Source of the DNA: Octopus vulgaris
Taxonomy: Eukaryota
DNA: 64,000 bases
NCBI GenBank assembly: GCA_951406725.2
Contig: OX597826.1
Span: 70,308,001-70,372,000 of the forward strand
Direction of reading: 5' to 3'
Positions 39,836 through 53,000 of the stretch are shown piece after piece. A model generated the notes under the pieces. It was not told the DNA's origin. It ran no database searches and worked only from the letters and a program-made list of their open reading frames with translations. The position numbers and the translations under genes are program-made. Position 1 is the stretch's first letter. The number at the start of each line of letters is the position of its first letter.

Positions 39836-42800
39836 CGTCACTGTATCGTATATTCGAAAAAGAAGCACACTCCAAAGACTAGAGCAATAATGTATTCATA
39901 TGCAGTTAAGTATATATCCAGTCATAGTGACCATTGGTCATTCTATGACTGGACATATACTTAACTATATACAGATGTGTGTGTGTGTGTGTGTGTGGAG
40001 AGATTGAGATGAGTGTGGTATGGTGTATGATGTTCACCAATTCTCATTTCCCTTTCGTTTCCTCTATCAAACAGGAGAATTGTTTTCTTTGATCCAATTT
40101 GACCGTGAAAAAGAATCTAAATACATGATTCCTGTAGCTGCTGAAGACAGTGGTGGTAGAATGGGCTTTACCACCGTCTATGTACATATTAGCGACCAAA
40201 ATGATAATCTACCTCAGTTCTACATTCGTGACTACAAAGCTTCAGTTTATGCCAATTCTTCCATCGGAACCAGCATCGTCCAGGTGAGACGTTTCTCTCT
40301 TCTCCTCCCCCTCCTTCTCTTGTTTCATTCAATTTTCTTATTTCGTATTCTTCTGACTTTATTTTTGCCTTTCTCATGTCGTTATACCACACCTTTGCAC
40401 CAAGCAAAGGTAAACGTTTATGAGAAATAGACCACACAAGACATGGCTCGTCACTAGGTGGGCTGCTCTACTAAAAAAAAATTCTAGGTAATTTTTTTGT
40501 TAGGTGAACCATTCAGAAAGCCCTGCAACTGTAGTTTGCCCATGACATGTCTACATCATGTTAACTGTACAACAGAACTACACTACAGCATTACTTTATG
40601 ACTGGACAACAAGAATCTCCACCTGCCGAACACCTTTCCATTCTCTAATTTCTGTTCTGTTTTTTTCTCCAATTTCTGTATCCAGGTAAAAGCTCTTGAT
40701 CCAGATGAAGGTAAAAATGGCGAGGTTGTCTACTCTTTATACCTAGAAGATGACAATGAGGTGATGCAGTTGTTTGCTATTGACAACAGAACTGGGGTTT
40801 TAACTGTCAAGGGCAGCATACGAGAAAAAGGTAAGTTGTCAGCTTTTTTGTTTGTTTATAGTAAATACTCACATACACGCTTACATGTGAATGTGATTGT
40901 GTACATTTGTGTGTTCATGTATGTGTATATACACATACATACATACATACATATATATATATATATGTATATATATGTATATGATCATCATCATCATTGT
41001 TTAATGTCCGCTTTCCATGCTAGCATGGGTTGGACGGTTTGACTGAGGGCTGGCAAACTAGTAGGCTGCACCAGGCTGCAATCTGATCTGGCAAGGGTTC
41101 TACAGCCGGATGTCCTTCCTAATGCCAACCAGTCCGACAGTGTACTGGGCACTCTTTACATGCCAGTCGGGGGGCACTAGCATTGACCACGTTCCGATGG
41201 TGCTTTTTACATGCCACTGGCATGAGGACCAGTCAGGGGGCAGTATTACATATGTCTGAATGTATATATAATAAGTGTGTGCATATATATATACACACAC
41301 ACACACATATATATTTATATATAATATAAATGAGTGAGTTTAGCAATGGAAACTAATGTTACACTGTAATACTCATTGAGAACCTATGAGAGCTCAGCAA
41401 ATTTAATTAGTATTAATTACCTTAAGTGAACTTTATTATTCCTCTTTGATTTTGACTTATTTCGTTTTTCTCTCTCTGTTTCCAGCAAACCAAGTCTACC
41501 AGTTTTTTGTGTCTGCCACAGACCAAGGGGCATTGAGCCTTGAGAATAACGTTCCAGTAGAAGTTGTTATCATGGGTGATAAGGACATCCCTCCACGCTT
41601 CCAGTCCAAGTCACATTCACCGCAGGTTTACCACATCAACGAGGTGGAGAACCTTTCCGATGCTGTGTGCGTAGTTGAAGCAGAGGGACCCGAAGTGATC
41701 GATTACAAGATGAACTCTGGTTACACGGAGAAAACCAACAACCCACCCACCTTTGCCATCACCAGCGAAGGCCGAGTGCGTCTCATTCGATCACTGGACC
41801 GTGAAAGATCCAAGGATTATATAATTACTGTGCAGGCCATGACAACAACAACTCCACTCTTAGTTGACCAAACTGAAGTACAGATACATGTTGTTGATAT
41901 CAACGACAATGCACCGCAGTTTGACTCAAAGCCATATAGCATTCGAGTGGCCGAGGATACAAAACCAGGTTCAGTCCTCATCCAAGTACATGCTGTAGAC
42001 AAGGATGATGGCCTAAATGGTGAGATCATCTACAGATTCGCTGATGAAAACCCCGTGTGGGTCTCACAATACTTCACCATCGACGCGGACACTGGTCAGC
42101 TGATGCTCGTGTCCAGATTGGATCGGGAGACACAAGACCGGTACAACCTAACGATAGTTGCCGAGGACAAGGGCGAGAAACCGTTGTCCTCCCACAGCTA
42201 CATCAAGGTGGAAGTTACCGACGTCAACGATGAACCACCCCGCTTCAAACAGAAGAAATACCTGGCCTCAGTTAACGAGGACGCAGCCCCTGGTACTGTG
42301 ATTTTTGCTGTCAACGCTACCGACAGTGACATAGAAGACAACAGCCGTCTGACCTTCCACATCACCGCTGATGACCCGCTCGGACAGTTCCGTATCAGTA
42401 GCACTGGTGACATCATTGTTAATAAGATGCTGGACCGAGAAACGAAATCTCGTTATGTCCTGGTTGTTACGGTCACCGATGGCAAGTTTGTCTCCCATGT
42501 CAAGGTCAGAGTTGACATTCTCGATGCGAATGATAACGACCCCATATGTTCAAAGGTAATACTATAGGCTCTTACTCTCTTTGTTTCTCACTCTCTCTCT
42601 CTCTTTCCTTTCCCCTTCTCCCCGTATCCCCCTTTCTTTCACTCTCTCCTTCCTCTCCCACTCTCCCCCTTTCTTTCTCTTTGTTCATCCTCTCTCTGAT
42701 TTCCTTTTCATCACTTTCTCTTAATTTCTCACTGTTTGTCTGTATATTTTTCACTTGTTCTTGTCTCATCACTGTTATCATCATCATCATCATCATCATC

Positions 42801-43030
42801 ATCATCGTCATCATCATCATCATGTTTATTATCAACTACGGTAACAGATCAATACCACTGCTACAACACCACCACCTTATAACACTACCTGTCACCACCA
42901 CATTTCACAACCTCCACCACTTCATATCACCACCACCACCATCATCATTGTCATCAAAGGTGTTTTATTGTCAGCATCAACACCACTAACATCATCACTA
43001 CCATCACTTTCTTTGCCACAACTACCATTG

Positions 43031-43084
<54 letters not shown>

Positions 43085-44219
43085 CCTCCACTATCTTCAT
43101 CATCACTCAACATCAACACAAACAACATTATATTTAACACCATATTACAACTACTACTACCACTACCACCAACACCGACACCATTATTATTATCAAACTG
43201 ATCACCATTACCTCTACCACCATCAGGACCACCACCAATATCACAACCACTGCCGTCACTTTCACCATCATCTTGGGTTTTCTAATTCTGATCTATGTTT
43301 GTATCTTTCACACAGATGTTTGTAGCAATCTTTATCAAAGAAGACGACGCCCCATCCACATTCCTCAAATTGTTCCGGGCCCACGACAAAGATGAGAAAA
43401 ACACCAGAAACTCCAGAATCCAATACCATCTGAGTGGCATGAACTCAGATATGTTTAGCATGGGTGTCCATACAGGTAGGTGAACATTCCACTCATATTC
43501 ACAGACAAAGAATAAGCCCAGGGGTCGATTTGTTTGACTAAAGGCGGTGCTCCTGCATGGCCACAGTCAAATGACTAAAACAAGTAAAAGAGTAATATCT
43601 CAAAGAACACAAAACTATAAATGACAGCATGTAAATATTGGGGTGGAAAACCCTTTGGTATAATATCTACATGTTATTATTTATATCTTTATGAAGGCGG
43701 CGAGCTGACAGAATCGTTAGCACACCTGATGAAATGCTTATTGGTATTTTATCTGCCGTTACGTTGTGAGTTCAAATTCTCCCGAGGTTGACTTTGCCTT
43801 TCATCCTTTCGGGGTCGATTAAATAAGTACAAGTTACACACTGGAGTCGATGTAATCGACTTAACCCCTTTGTCTGTCCTTGTTTGTCCTCTCTGTGTTT
43901 AGCCCCTTGTGGGTAGTAAAGAAATAGGTATTTCGTCTACCGTTACGTTCTGAGTTCAAATTCCGTCGAGGTTGACTTTGCCTTTCATCCTTTCAGGGTC
44001 GATGAAATAAGTACCGTTTATGCACTGGGGTTGATGTAATCGACTTGTCCCCTTCCCCACCAAATTTTCAAGGTCTTGTACCTAGAGTAGAAATAATTAT
44101 GAAGGGCATCCAGCCATAGAGACCAAGCCCAGACTGATGACAGGAACTTGGTGCAGCTCTCAAGCTTGCCAATTCCTGTCAAACTGTCGAGCATGAAAAA
44201 TGGACATTAAATGATGATG

Positions 44220-44251
<32 letters not shown>

Positions 44252-44510
44252 ATATAATAAATAAATGTGCCCTTTTAAAGCCTAGCCAGTTTTATGGGCC
44301 CTGTTTCCCAGTTTCAATGGCGTATGTGTTCCCCAGCTGGACAAAACGCCAGTCCATTGCAGCGTTACTCATTTTTGCCAGCTGAGTGGAGTGGAGCAAC
44401 GTGAAATGAAGTGTTTTGCTCAAGAAGACAACGCGTCGCCCGATCCAGGAATCGAAACTACAATCTTATGATCATTATGCTGACATCCTAACCACTAAGC
44501 CACGTGTCTC

Positions 44511-44541
<31 letters not shown>

Positions 44542-47028
44542 GTACATACACATATACACACTCACACACTCTCTCTTTCTTTTACAGGTGTACTGACCAT
44601 CAGGAGTCCACTTGACCGAGAACAACAAGATGAATACCATCTTACAGTCCATGCAGTAGATGGTGGTGGCCGTTCTTGTACCACTGATGTTTTAATCAGT
44701 GTCCAAGACATCAACGATAATGCCCCACAATTTTCCATACCTCTCAGGAATGTCTCTATCCCTGAAGACGCCCAAATCAATACTTTGATAACGCGTCTAA
44801 CAGCAACTGACCAAGATGCTGGTAAGTATGGCAATACTCTGCTCTGCTGATTCTTACTATTTCGCTTCCAGATATTTTCAAATCTTTCTCTATCTATCTA
44901 TCTATTCTTTTCTTTTCTTTTCTTTTTTCCCTTTCTATGGTCCCTTTTGATGGAAAAACAAACCCCACCTTTTTTTTTTTTTTTTTCTCTCCCCAAAAGA
45001 AAAGCTCTACTTTGTAATTTGTCCCGTCTGTGTCCAGCCCTGTGAGGCTAATAAAGAAACATATAAATGGAAAAAAAAAATGAAACGAAAAATGGGACCC
45101 GCTTGCTGTAATGTGCTTTCTTTTTGCATGACACTATTGCCCAAAGTTCCCATGGTCTTTTCCGTAGGCTTTTCTATCCACAGATAAACCTAATCTGTTT
45201 TCCCTTTTTACATTGACATTTCTGTGATACACAATCCCTATTGATCGTCCCCCTTTTTTTATTTTTACGATCATTTTTGATCAGAATTCGACCCTTTTTT
45301 TTCCTTCTCTTCTTCCCAAAAAGAAAAGCTCTATTTTGTATTTTGTCTCTTCTGCGTTCAGCCCTGCATGGCCAATAAAGAAATCTATCTATCTATCTGT
45401 CTGTCTGTCTATCTCCTCCTCCTCCTCCTCCCTGTTTATGTGTATGAGCATATTTGCATATTTTGAATTATGTTTTTGCACAGAGGTAAAGTTTTCGTGT
45501 CAGTTGGGTTCAATCAATATATTGTACTCTCTCTCTCTTTCTCTCCACATTTCTGTATAAACATGCATGCGAGTGTGTATGTGTGTTTGCCTCCAGTGCC
45601 GAAAAGCACTATCGCTAATCCAGGTTCTTATTTCCAATCAACCAACAGCTGCATCATCCAATCATCTCATACTCCTTGCCATTTTTGTTAATCTTTATCT
45701 CTTCCGTGTGGTTCAGCATCCTCAGATTATCTTTTCCCTCTTCTGCCCATGTCTTCTTCGATTTTACTCTTTCACAGTTTTCTTCCTCTTCAATACCCTA
45801 ACTCCTCCTTACCCTTCTCTTATCCTTCCTCTGCACCGCATGTCTATACCAATGCACTCTTCAAATCATTGTTCCTCTTATACTTTATTTGTCTCTCAAC
45901 TCATCTGTCCTACATCGTTTATGCATGCTAATATTACACATCCAGTAAATCCGTTGCTTGTTTCTTTTCTCCTAAACCATCATGTGTCTTTTATTTATTT
46001 ATATGTGTGTGTGTGTATACATTACTTGCCATTCTCTGCTGTAGGTGTTAGTAAAGAAATCAAGTTCCGTCTGAAGAATCCTGAAGACGATTTTCTCAAC
46101 ATCGATGAGAAATCTGGGATTATCAGCCTTGCTAAGACTCTGGATCGAGAGGTGAAAGACTTCTACAGCGTTGCTGTTATAGCTTATGACAAGGTAAGTG
46201 TATTTGCCTGTCATCATCATCATTATCATTGTCAACATCATCCTCACCTTCATCATCATCATCATCATCATCGTTTAACGTCCGTTTTCTATGCTAGCAT
46301 GGATTGGACAGTTCGACCGGGGTCTGGGAAGCCAGGAGGCTGCACCAGGCTACAGTCTGATCTGGCAGTGTTTCTACAGCTGGATGCCCTTCCTGATGCC
46401 AACCACTCCGTGAGTGTAGTGGGTGCTTTTTACATGCCACCAGCACAGCGGCCAGGGGAGGCTGGCAAAACATCAGAAAGTAATGCAGTTTTTAAAACTC
46501 TGACTTATCCTTAAGTAATGTACCACAAGCTGATGGCACATGACCTAGTGATTAGAGCAGCAGAGTCACGGTCAAGGGATCATGAGTTCGAATCTCAGAC
46601 CAGGCAATGTGTGTGTTTATGAGCAAAATACCTCAGCTCCACGCAGCTCCAGCAGAAGGTAACGGCAAACTTCTGCTGAGTCTTTCACCACGACTTTCTC
46701 TCACTCTTTCCTGTTGCATCTAGCAGCTCACCTGTGACAGACCAGCATCCCATCCAGGTAGAGAACCTATATGCCAATGAAACCGGGAAACTGGCGCTCA
46801 TGAGCCAGGCATGGCTCGATAAGGAACAAACAACAACAACAACAATGTACCACAACAGGGTGACATTTACATTATTTACATTATTTACATTTGACGGACA
46901 TTTGTCCTCATCTTGTTTGTTGTTAACACAACGTTTCGGCTGATATACCCTCCAGCCTTCACCAGGTATCTTGGGGAAATTTTGAACCTGGGTTCTCATT
47001 CCTAAGGTATTTTTCAATGATGTTGTTG

Positions 47029-47068
<40 letters not shown>

Positions 47069-50000
47069 GAATCAGGTGTAGAAGTGCAATGGCCCAGTGG
47101 TTAGGGCAGCGGACTCGTGGTCGGAGGATCACGGTTTCAATTTCCAGACCAGGCGTTGTGTGTGTTTATTGAGCAAAAACACCTAAAGCTCCACGAGGCT
47201 CCGGGCAGGGAGTGGTGGTGACCCCTGTTGTACTCTTTTGCCCCAATTTTCTCTCACTCTTTCTTCCTGCTTCTTGAGTAACGCCGCGATGGACTGACAT
47301 CCTGTCCATCTGAGGGAAACACATACGCCACAGAAACCGGGAAACCAGGCCCATGATCCTGGCTAGGCTTGAAAAGGGCATACAAATAAATAAATAAATA
47401 TTAATCAGGTCACTGCCTGGAATCGAACTTGGAATATTGGGGTTAGTAGCCCACGCTCTTAACCACTACACCATATGCCCATGACATTTGTTTACAAATA
47501 GTTTCTCAATCGTTCTTTTACTTAGTACCCGCAATTCAGCCCCACACCAAATGTGCTCAGACTGTACAACCCTTCTCTCCCTTTCATTGCAGGGATTCCC
47601 TCGTATGTCTTCTACTGCTACCCTCAACATCCATTTACTCGACGTGAATGACAACCCCCCAGAATTCGAGCACACCATGTACAAAGGCGAGGTCCGTGAA
47701 GACATTGGCATTGGCAGAGTATTGCAGGTGCTTGCTGCAAGCAAAGATGTCGGTGTGAATGCAGAAATATCTTACTACATCATCGCAGGCAACGAACAAC
47801 ATCGGTTCAAGATTGACAAAACCACAGGTACGTGTATGCCCCCACTTGGCTTTCTACTACTACTACTACTAGTACTGGTACTACTATTACTACCACCACC
47901 ACCATCACTACTACTACCACTACCATCACCACCACCCCTATTACAACTACTACCAGCACTACTACTACCACCACTGCTACCACCACCACCACTATTACTA
48001 CTACCACCACCACTACTACTACTACACTACCATCACCACCACCACCTATTACTACTACTATCACCACCACTACTACTACCACCACCACTGCTACCACCAC
48101 CTCTACTACTATTACTATTACTACGACCACTACCACTACTATTACCACCACCACTACTAGTACCACCACCACTACTACTTCTACCACTAATACTGCTGCT
48201 GGATTGGATTGCCCTACTTCAGTGCACTACTGGATGAAGGCCTCAGCACGTTCCCTCCACCAACCATATACTAGGAACTTTTCTACTCTCAGCACAAGGC
48301 TCAGTTTGATCGATGCCAGTACGCAACTGGTACTTAATTTATCAACCCCAAAAGGATGAAAGGCGAAGTGGACCTCGGCGGAATTTGAACTCAGACCATA
48401 AAGACAGATGAAATATCGCTAAGCATTTCGCCTGGCAGCTTGCAGCCTTGTTATTCTAGGAACTTTTAAGCATTGAATGATTATGGGAGTCCAATAGAGT
48501 CAAATACCAATCAAAAGATGTCTATAATTTTTTAAAATGGCCAAGAAGCACTGATTTAAATCATTCATTTAAAACCTACAAGTGTTTAATAACATGCATA
48601 AATTAAGTCTGTGGTGTTGATAAAATTGTGTATTTTATTTGTAATTAGACAGGTTGATGCCATAACTTTTGTAAAATAAACTTACACAGCACTTACTTTA
48701 AATTCTACACAAAACCAAGAATATCTATCATCATCATCATCATTGTTTAACGTCTGCCTTCCATGCTAGCATGGGTTGGACGGTTTGACAGGGGCCTGCA
48801 TGAGACTTCTGTGTCTGTTTTGGCAGAGTTCTTACAGCTGGCTGCTTTTCCTAACATCAGCCACCCAGCAGAGTGGACTGGGTGCTTTTTTTACGTAGCA
48901 CAAGCACAGTCAAGTTCAGTTTTGGCAAGGTTTTTACAGCTGGATGCCCTTCCAAAATGCCGACCACTTTACAGTGTGGACTGGATGTTTTTTATAATTC
49001 AAAAACAAATTATGGGGTTTTATTGTCGTTACAGTTTAGCTCCAAATTGGCCCTTAATTCAGCAGACCTATTATCAAGCATGTTATAGCTTTGACTGCCT
49101 TATTTAGACATTAGTGTATCTAGGACTACATTATCTAATGTGTCCAAAACAAGGCCTTTCATCATAGGTCTGTTTGATATGAGCTGGACTGGGGTTAAAC
49201 AACAAGTATTCTCACTCACATGCATGCACAAACACATGTACACATATGCACACACACAGATATGGGGTGTGGAGGCACATGGCCTAGTGGTTAGAGCAAC
49301 GGACTCGCAGTCGAGGGATCGCAGTTTCGAATCTCAGACCAGGCGATGTGTGTATTTATGAGCAAAACACCTAAGCTCCACGCGGCTCCGACAGAAGGTA
49401 ATGGCGAACTTCTGCTGACTCTTTTGCCTCAACTTTCTCTCACTCTTTCCTCCTGCATCTTGCAGCTCACCTGCGACAGACCGGTATCCTGTCCAGGTGG
49501 GGAACCTATATGCCAAGGAAACCGGGAAACCGGCCCTTATGAGCCAGGCATGGCTCGAGAAGGAACAAAAAATAGATATGGGGTATGAGTGAAAGAAACA
49601 AGGCTCAAGTCAACCTTTGAAAACTTTGTATGAGAAAACTAATTGTCTTTTTTTTTTGTACTCTTTCTTCCTCACTTTTATTAGTTCCAGAATTTTAATC
49701 TAATGTTTAATTTAGTTGATTTTGCTGGAAATAACATAATTTAATGAATTTTATTTTATTTTATTTTGCTTTGTTTTTTTAGGCGTCTTATATGTCAACA
49801 AACCTCTTGACCATGAACTAACTCGAGAATATTTCTTGACAATCGAGGCCCGAGACGGAGGAACGCCATCGTTAAGCAATACGGCAGTGGCAGCAATCAA
49901 CGTCACTGACATCAACGACTGCCCTCCACACTTCTCGCAAGACGTCTATTCCATCCGACTTCTTGAGTCTGAACCTGTTGGTAACACAAGCCTGAGAATC

Positions 50001-53000
50001 GTGGCAGCTGATGCAGATAGTGAACCAAACGCTATGATTACCTACATTATCAACAGTGGGGACATAGCTGACCAGTTTGACATAGAGCAGACCTTTGGAT
50101 ACCTGAGCATCAAATCTGCATTGGACAGAGAGAAAGTAAGTCTTTAGCGATCTCTCTTTTACTCTCATTTACTCTCTTTTACTTGTTTCAGTCATTTGAC
50201 TGCAGCCATGCTGGAGCACCACCTTTTGTTGAGCAAATTGACCCCGGGACTTATTCTTTGTAAGCCTAGTACTTATTCTAGCGGTCTCTTTTTGCCGAAC
50301 CGCTAAGTTACGGGAATGTAAACACACCAACATCGGTTGTCAAACGATGTTGTGGGGAACAAACACAGACACACATACACACATACATATCATTACTGAG
50401 TCCCTATAATGCACATCCCTTTCTCCCAGTCCCACAACGAAAACTTTATCGTAGTCTCCTCTCTCACTCTCACATTCTCTTTATTTCAGATTTCCAGCTA
50501 CAACCTCGAAGTCCTTGCTGTGGACAGTGGCTATCCTCAGTTGACCGGTACAACAACACTCTCTATTGAAATACAAGACATTAATGATTGTCCACCACGT
50601 TTTAGCCAGCCTGCATATTCTGTAGCTGTTCAGGTAAGAGGAGTCCTTGCCTTTATAAATTGTGCTCTATTGTTTGTGTGAGCAGTTTACATGACTCTAA
50701 GGAATTAAAAGGCTTATATATATTTATATATATATAAAGTAAACACAAATGCTATTTAAAATTTATAAAAGCTGCTTCAGTAGAATATTATTTATTCAAT
50801 GCAGTCATAATAGAGTACATCAGAATATATAATCCACTATCATCAGACACAATTTCTAGCCGTTTGTGGGGTCCTACAAGTTGATGTACTTTGATTTTTA
50901 TGAATCCTTATAACAAAATTATACACATTACATATATATACATATATATAGTTCTAGCTCTAAGGAATTAAAAGGTTTATATATATTTATATATATAAAA
51001 TAAACACAAATGCTATTTAAAATTTATAAAGGCTGTTTCAGTAAAATATTATTTATTCAATGCAGTTATAATAGAGTACATCAGAATATAAAATCCACTA
51101 TCATCAGACACAATTTCTAGCATTTGTGGGGCCCTACAAGTTGATCTACTTTAATTTTTATGAAGCCTTATAACAAAATTATACACATACATATATATAT
51201 ATATATATACATATATATAGTTCTGCACATAGGTTTACTTTCACTGTGCAAGTAGTGTATATATGTGGGATGGTAGCTAAACGTATATGAAAGTGAACTG
51301 GTCATTTTGTTGTCTTCTTCTTCACCATACCACGCACTCTTCAAATATACATTCTTTCTCTCGTCACACTACTTCACGGCATGTTCTCACTGCCACGCTA
51401 CCGTTCACGCTGCCACATGACCGAGTAATATGTTAAGACTACCACACCGCAGCACTTTATACAACATATCATCACTGCTACACTGCATTTTACACTGCCA
51501 CATCTTCACACAGTACTACCCACTCTGGTACTCTGTACTGCCACAAAACACGTCCACACTGTAAGACATGTCCACTCTCCCTCTCCTACACTACACTTCC
51601 GTGCAACATCACACATGAACACATGCTACATCACCAAACATCTATACTTAACCCCTTGACGCCGGTATTGTAGGATAGGTTTGAGAGGTCAGATCTGGCC
51701 CCTTTTAACATAAAACAGGTTGGCTATTTTGGATGGATATGGCCAGTTTAAATGCTAAAGGCTATCCAACTTTTTCTACTACACCCTCTCCTCACACATG
51801 TCCTAACAACACCACAGTACACACTATACAAGCCAATGAGGGAACTTCTATACCAGGGGTTCTCGACAGGGATCCATATGGCTACTGAGGGTCCCTATAA
51901 GATTTTGCAGGGGTCCACACAGCAGAATAGTAAATTGGAGATCCACAATAGAATTTTAAAGGACCCTGAAAAAATTTCGTTATAGATGAGCCTCACATTG
52001 GGCTCCACAGAGACAATGTGGTCAATGCTGGTGTCGACAAACAACCCCTGCAATAACAACAACAAACCGCATAATACAGGAGTTCTCAATTACTTTCCAG
52101 TGATTCTGTTTATTACTCCAAGAAGCACGAAAATGTGAGCCTTCCAGACCAAGATTTGATCCCTATAATTACAAGTTACATATATACTCTTTTACTCTTT
52201 TACTTGTTTCAGTCATTTGACTGCGGCCATGCTGGAGCACCGCCTTTAATCGAGCAACTCAACCCCGGGACTTATTCTTTGTAAGCCCAGTACTTATTCT
52301 ATCGGTCTCTTTTGCCGAACCGCTAAGTGATGGGGACATAAACACACCAGCATTGGTTGTCAAGCAATGCTAGGGGGACAAACACAGACACACAAACACA
52401 CACACACACATATATATATACATATATACGACGGGCTTCTTTCAGTTTCCGTCTACCAAATCCACTCACAAGGCTCTGGTCGGCCTGAGGCTATAGTAGA
52501 AGACACTTTCCCAAGGTGCCACGCAGTGGGACTGAACCTGGAACCATGTGGTTGGCAAAGCAAGCTACTTACCACACAGCCACTCCTGCGCCTATATCTT
52601 CGTCTGGAACTGACATGTTACCATATAACTGTCTGTTTATCACTCAGTTCTCACTGGACCACTGCCTCTCCTCTCTTTCTCTTTCTTTCTTTCTTTGAGA
52701 AAACGCTCTTTGATATTGCAAGCAGTGACCCTCCCTTTCCACAGAATTAAAAGATCCTATTTCATTGGTAGTCTGTCTCATGATCTGAGGTTTGGGAAAA
52801 TCTTAGTGGAATACGAGGACTATGTAGCTATTTGTGGGTGGAGGGGCATCCTTATTACATCATTGAATGTGTGTGCGTATAAATGTAAACTTCATATGTA
52901 TATATATATATATGTATGTATTTATATATATGTACATATATATATATGATCAAAATATATATGATCAAAATAAGCAACAAGGATATCCAAGGTAGTGTAG

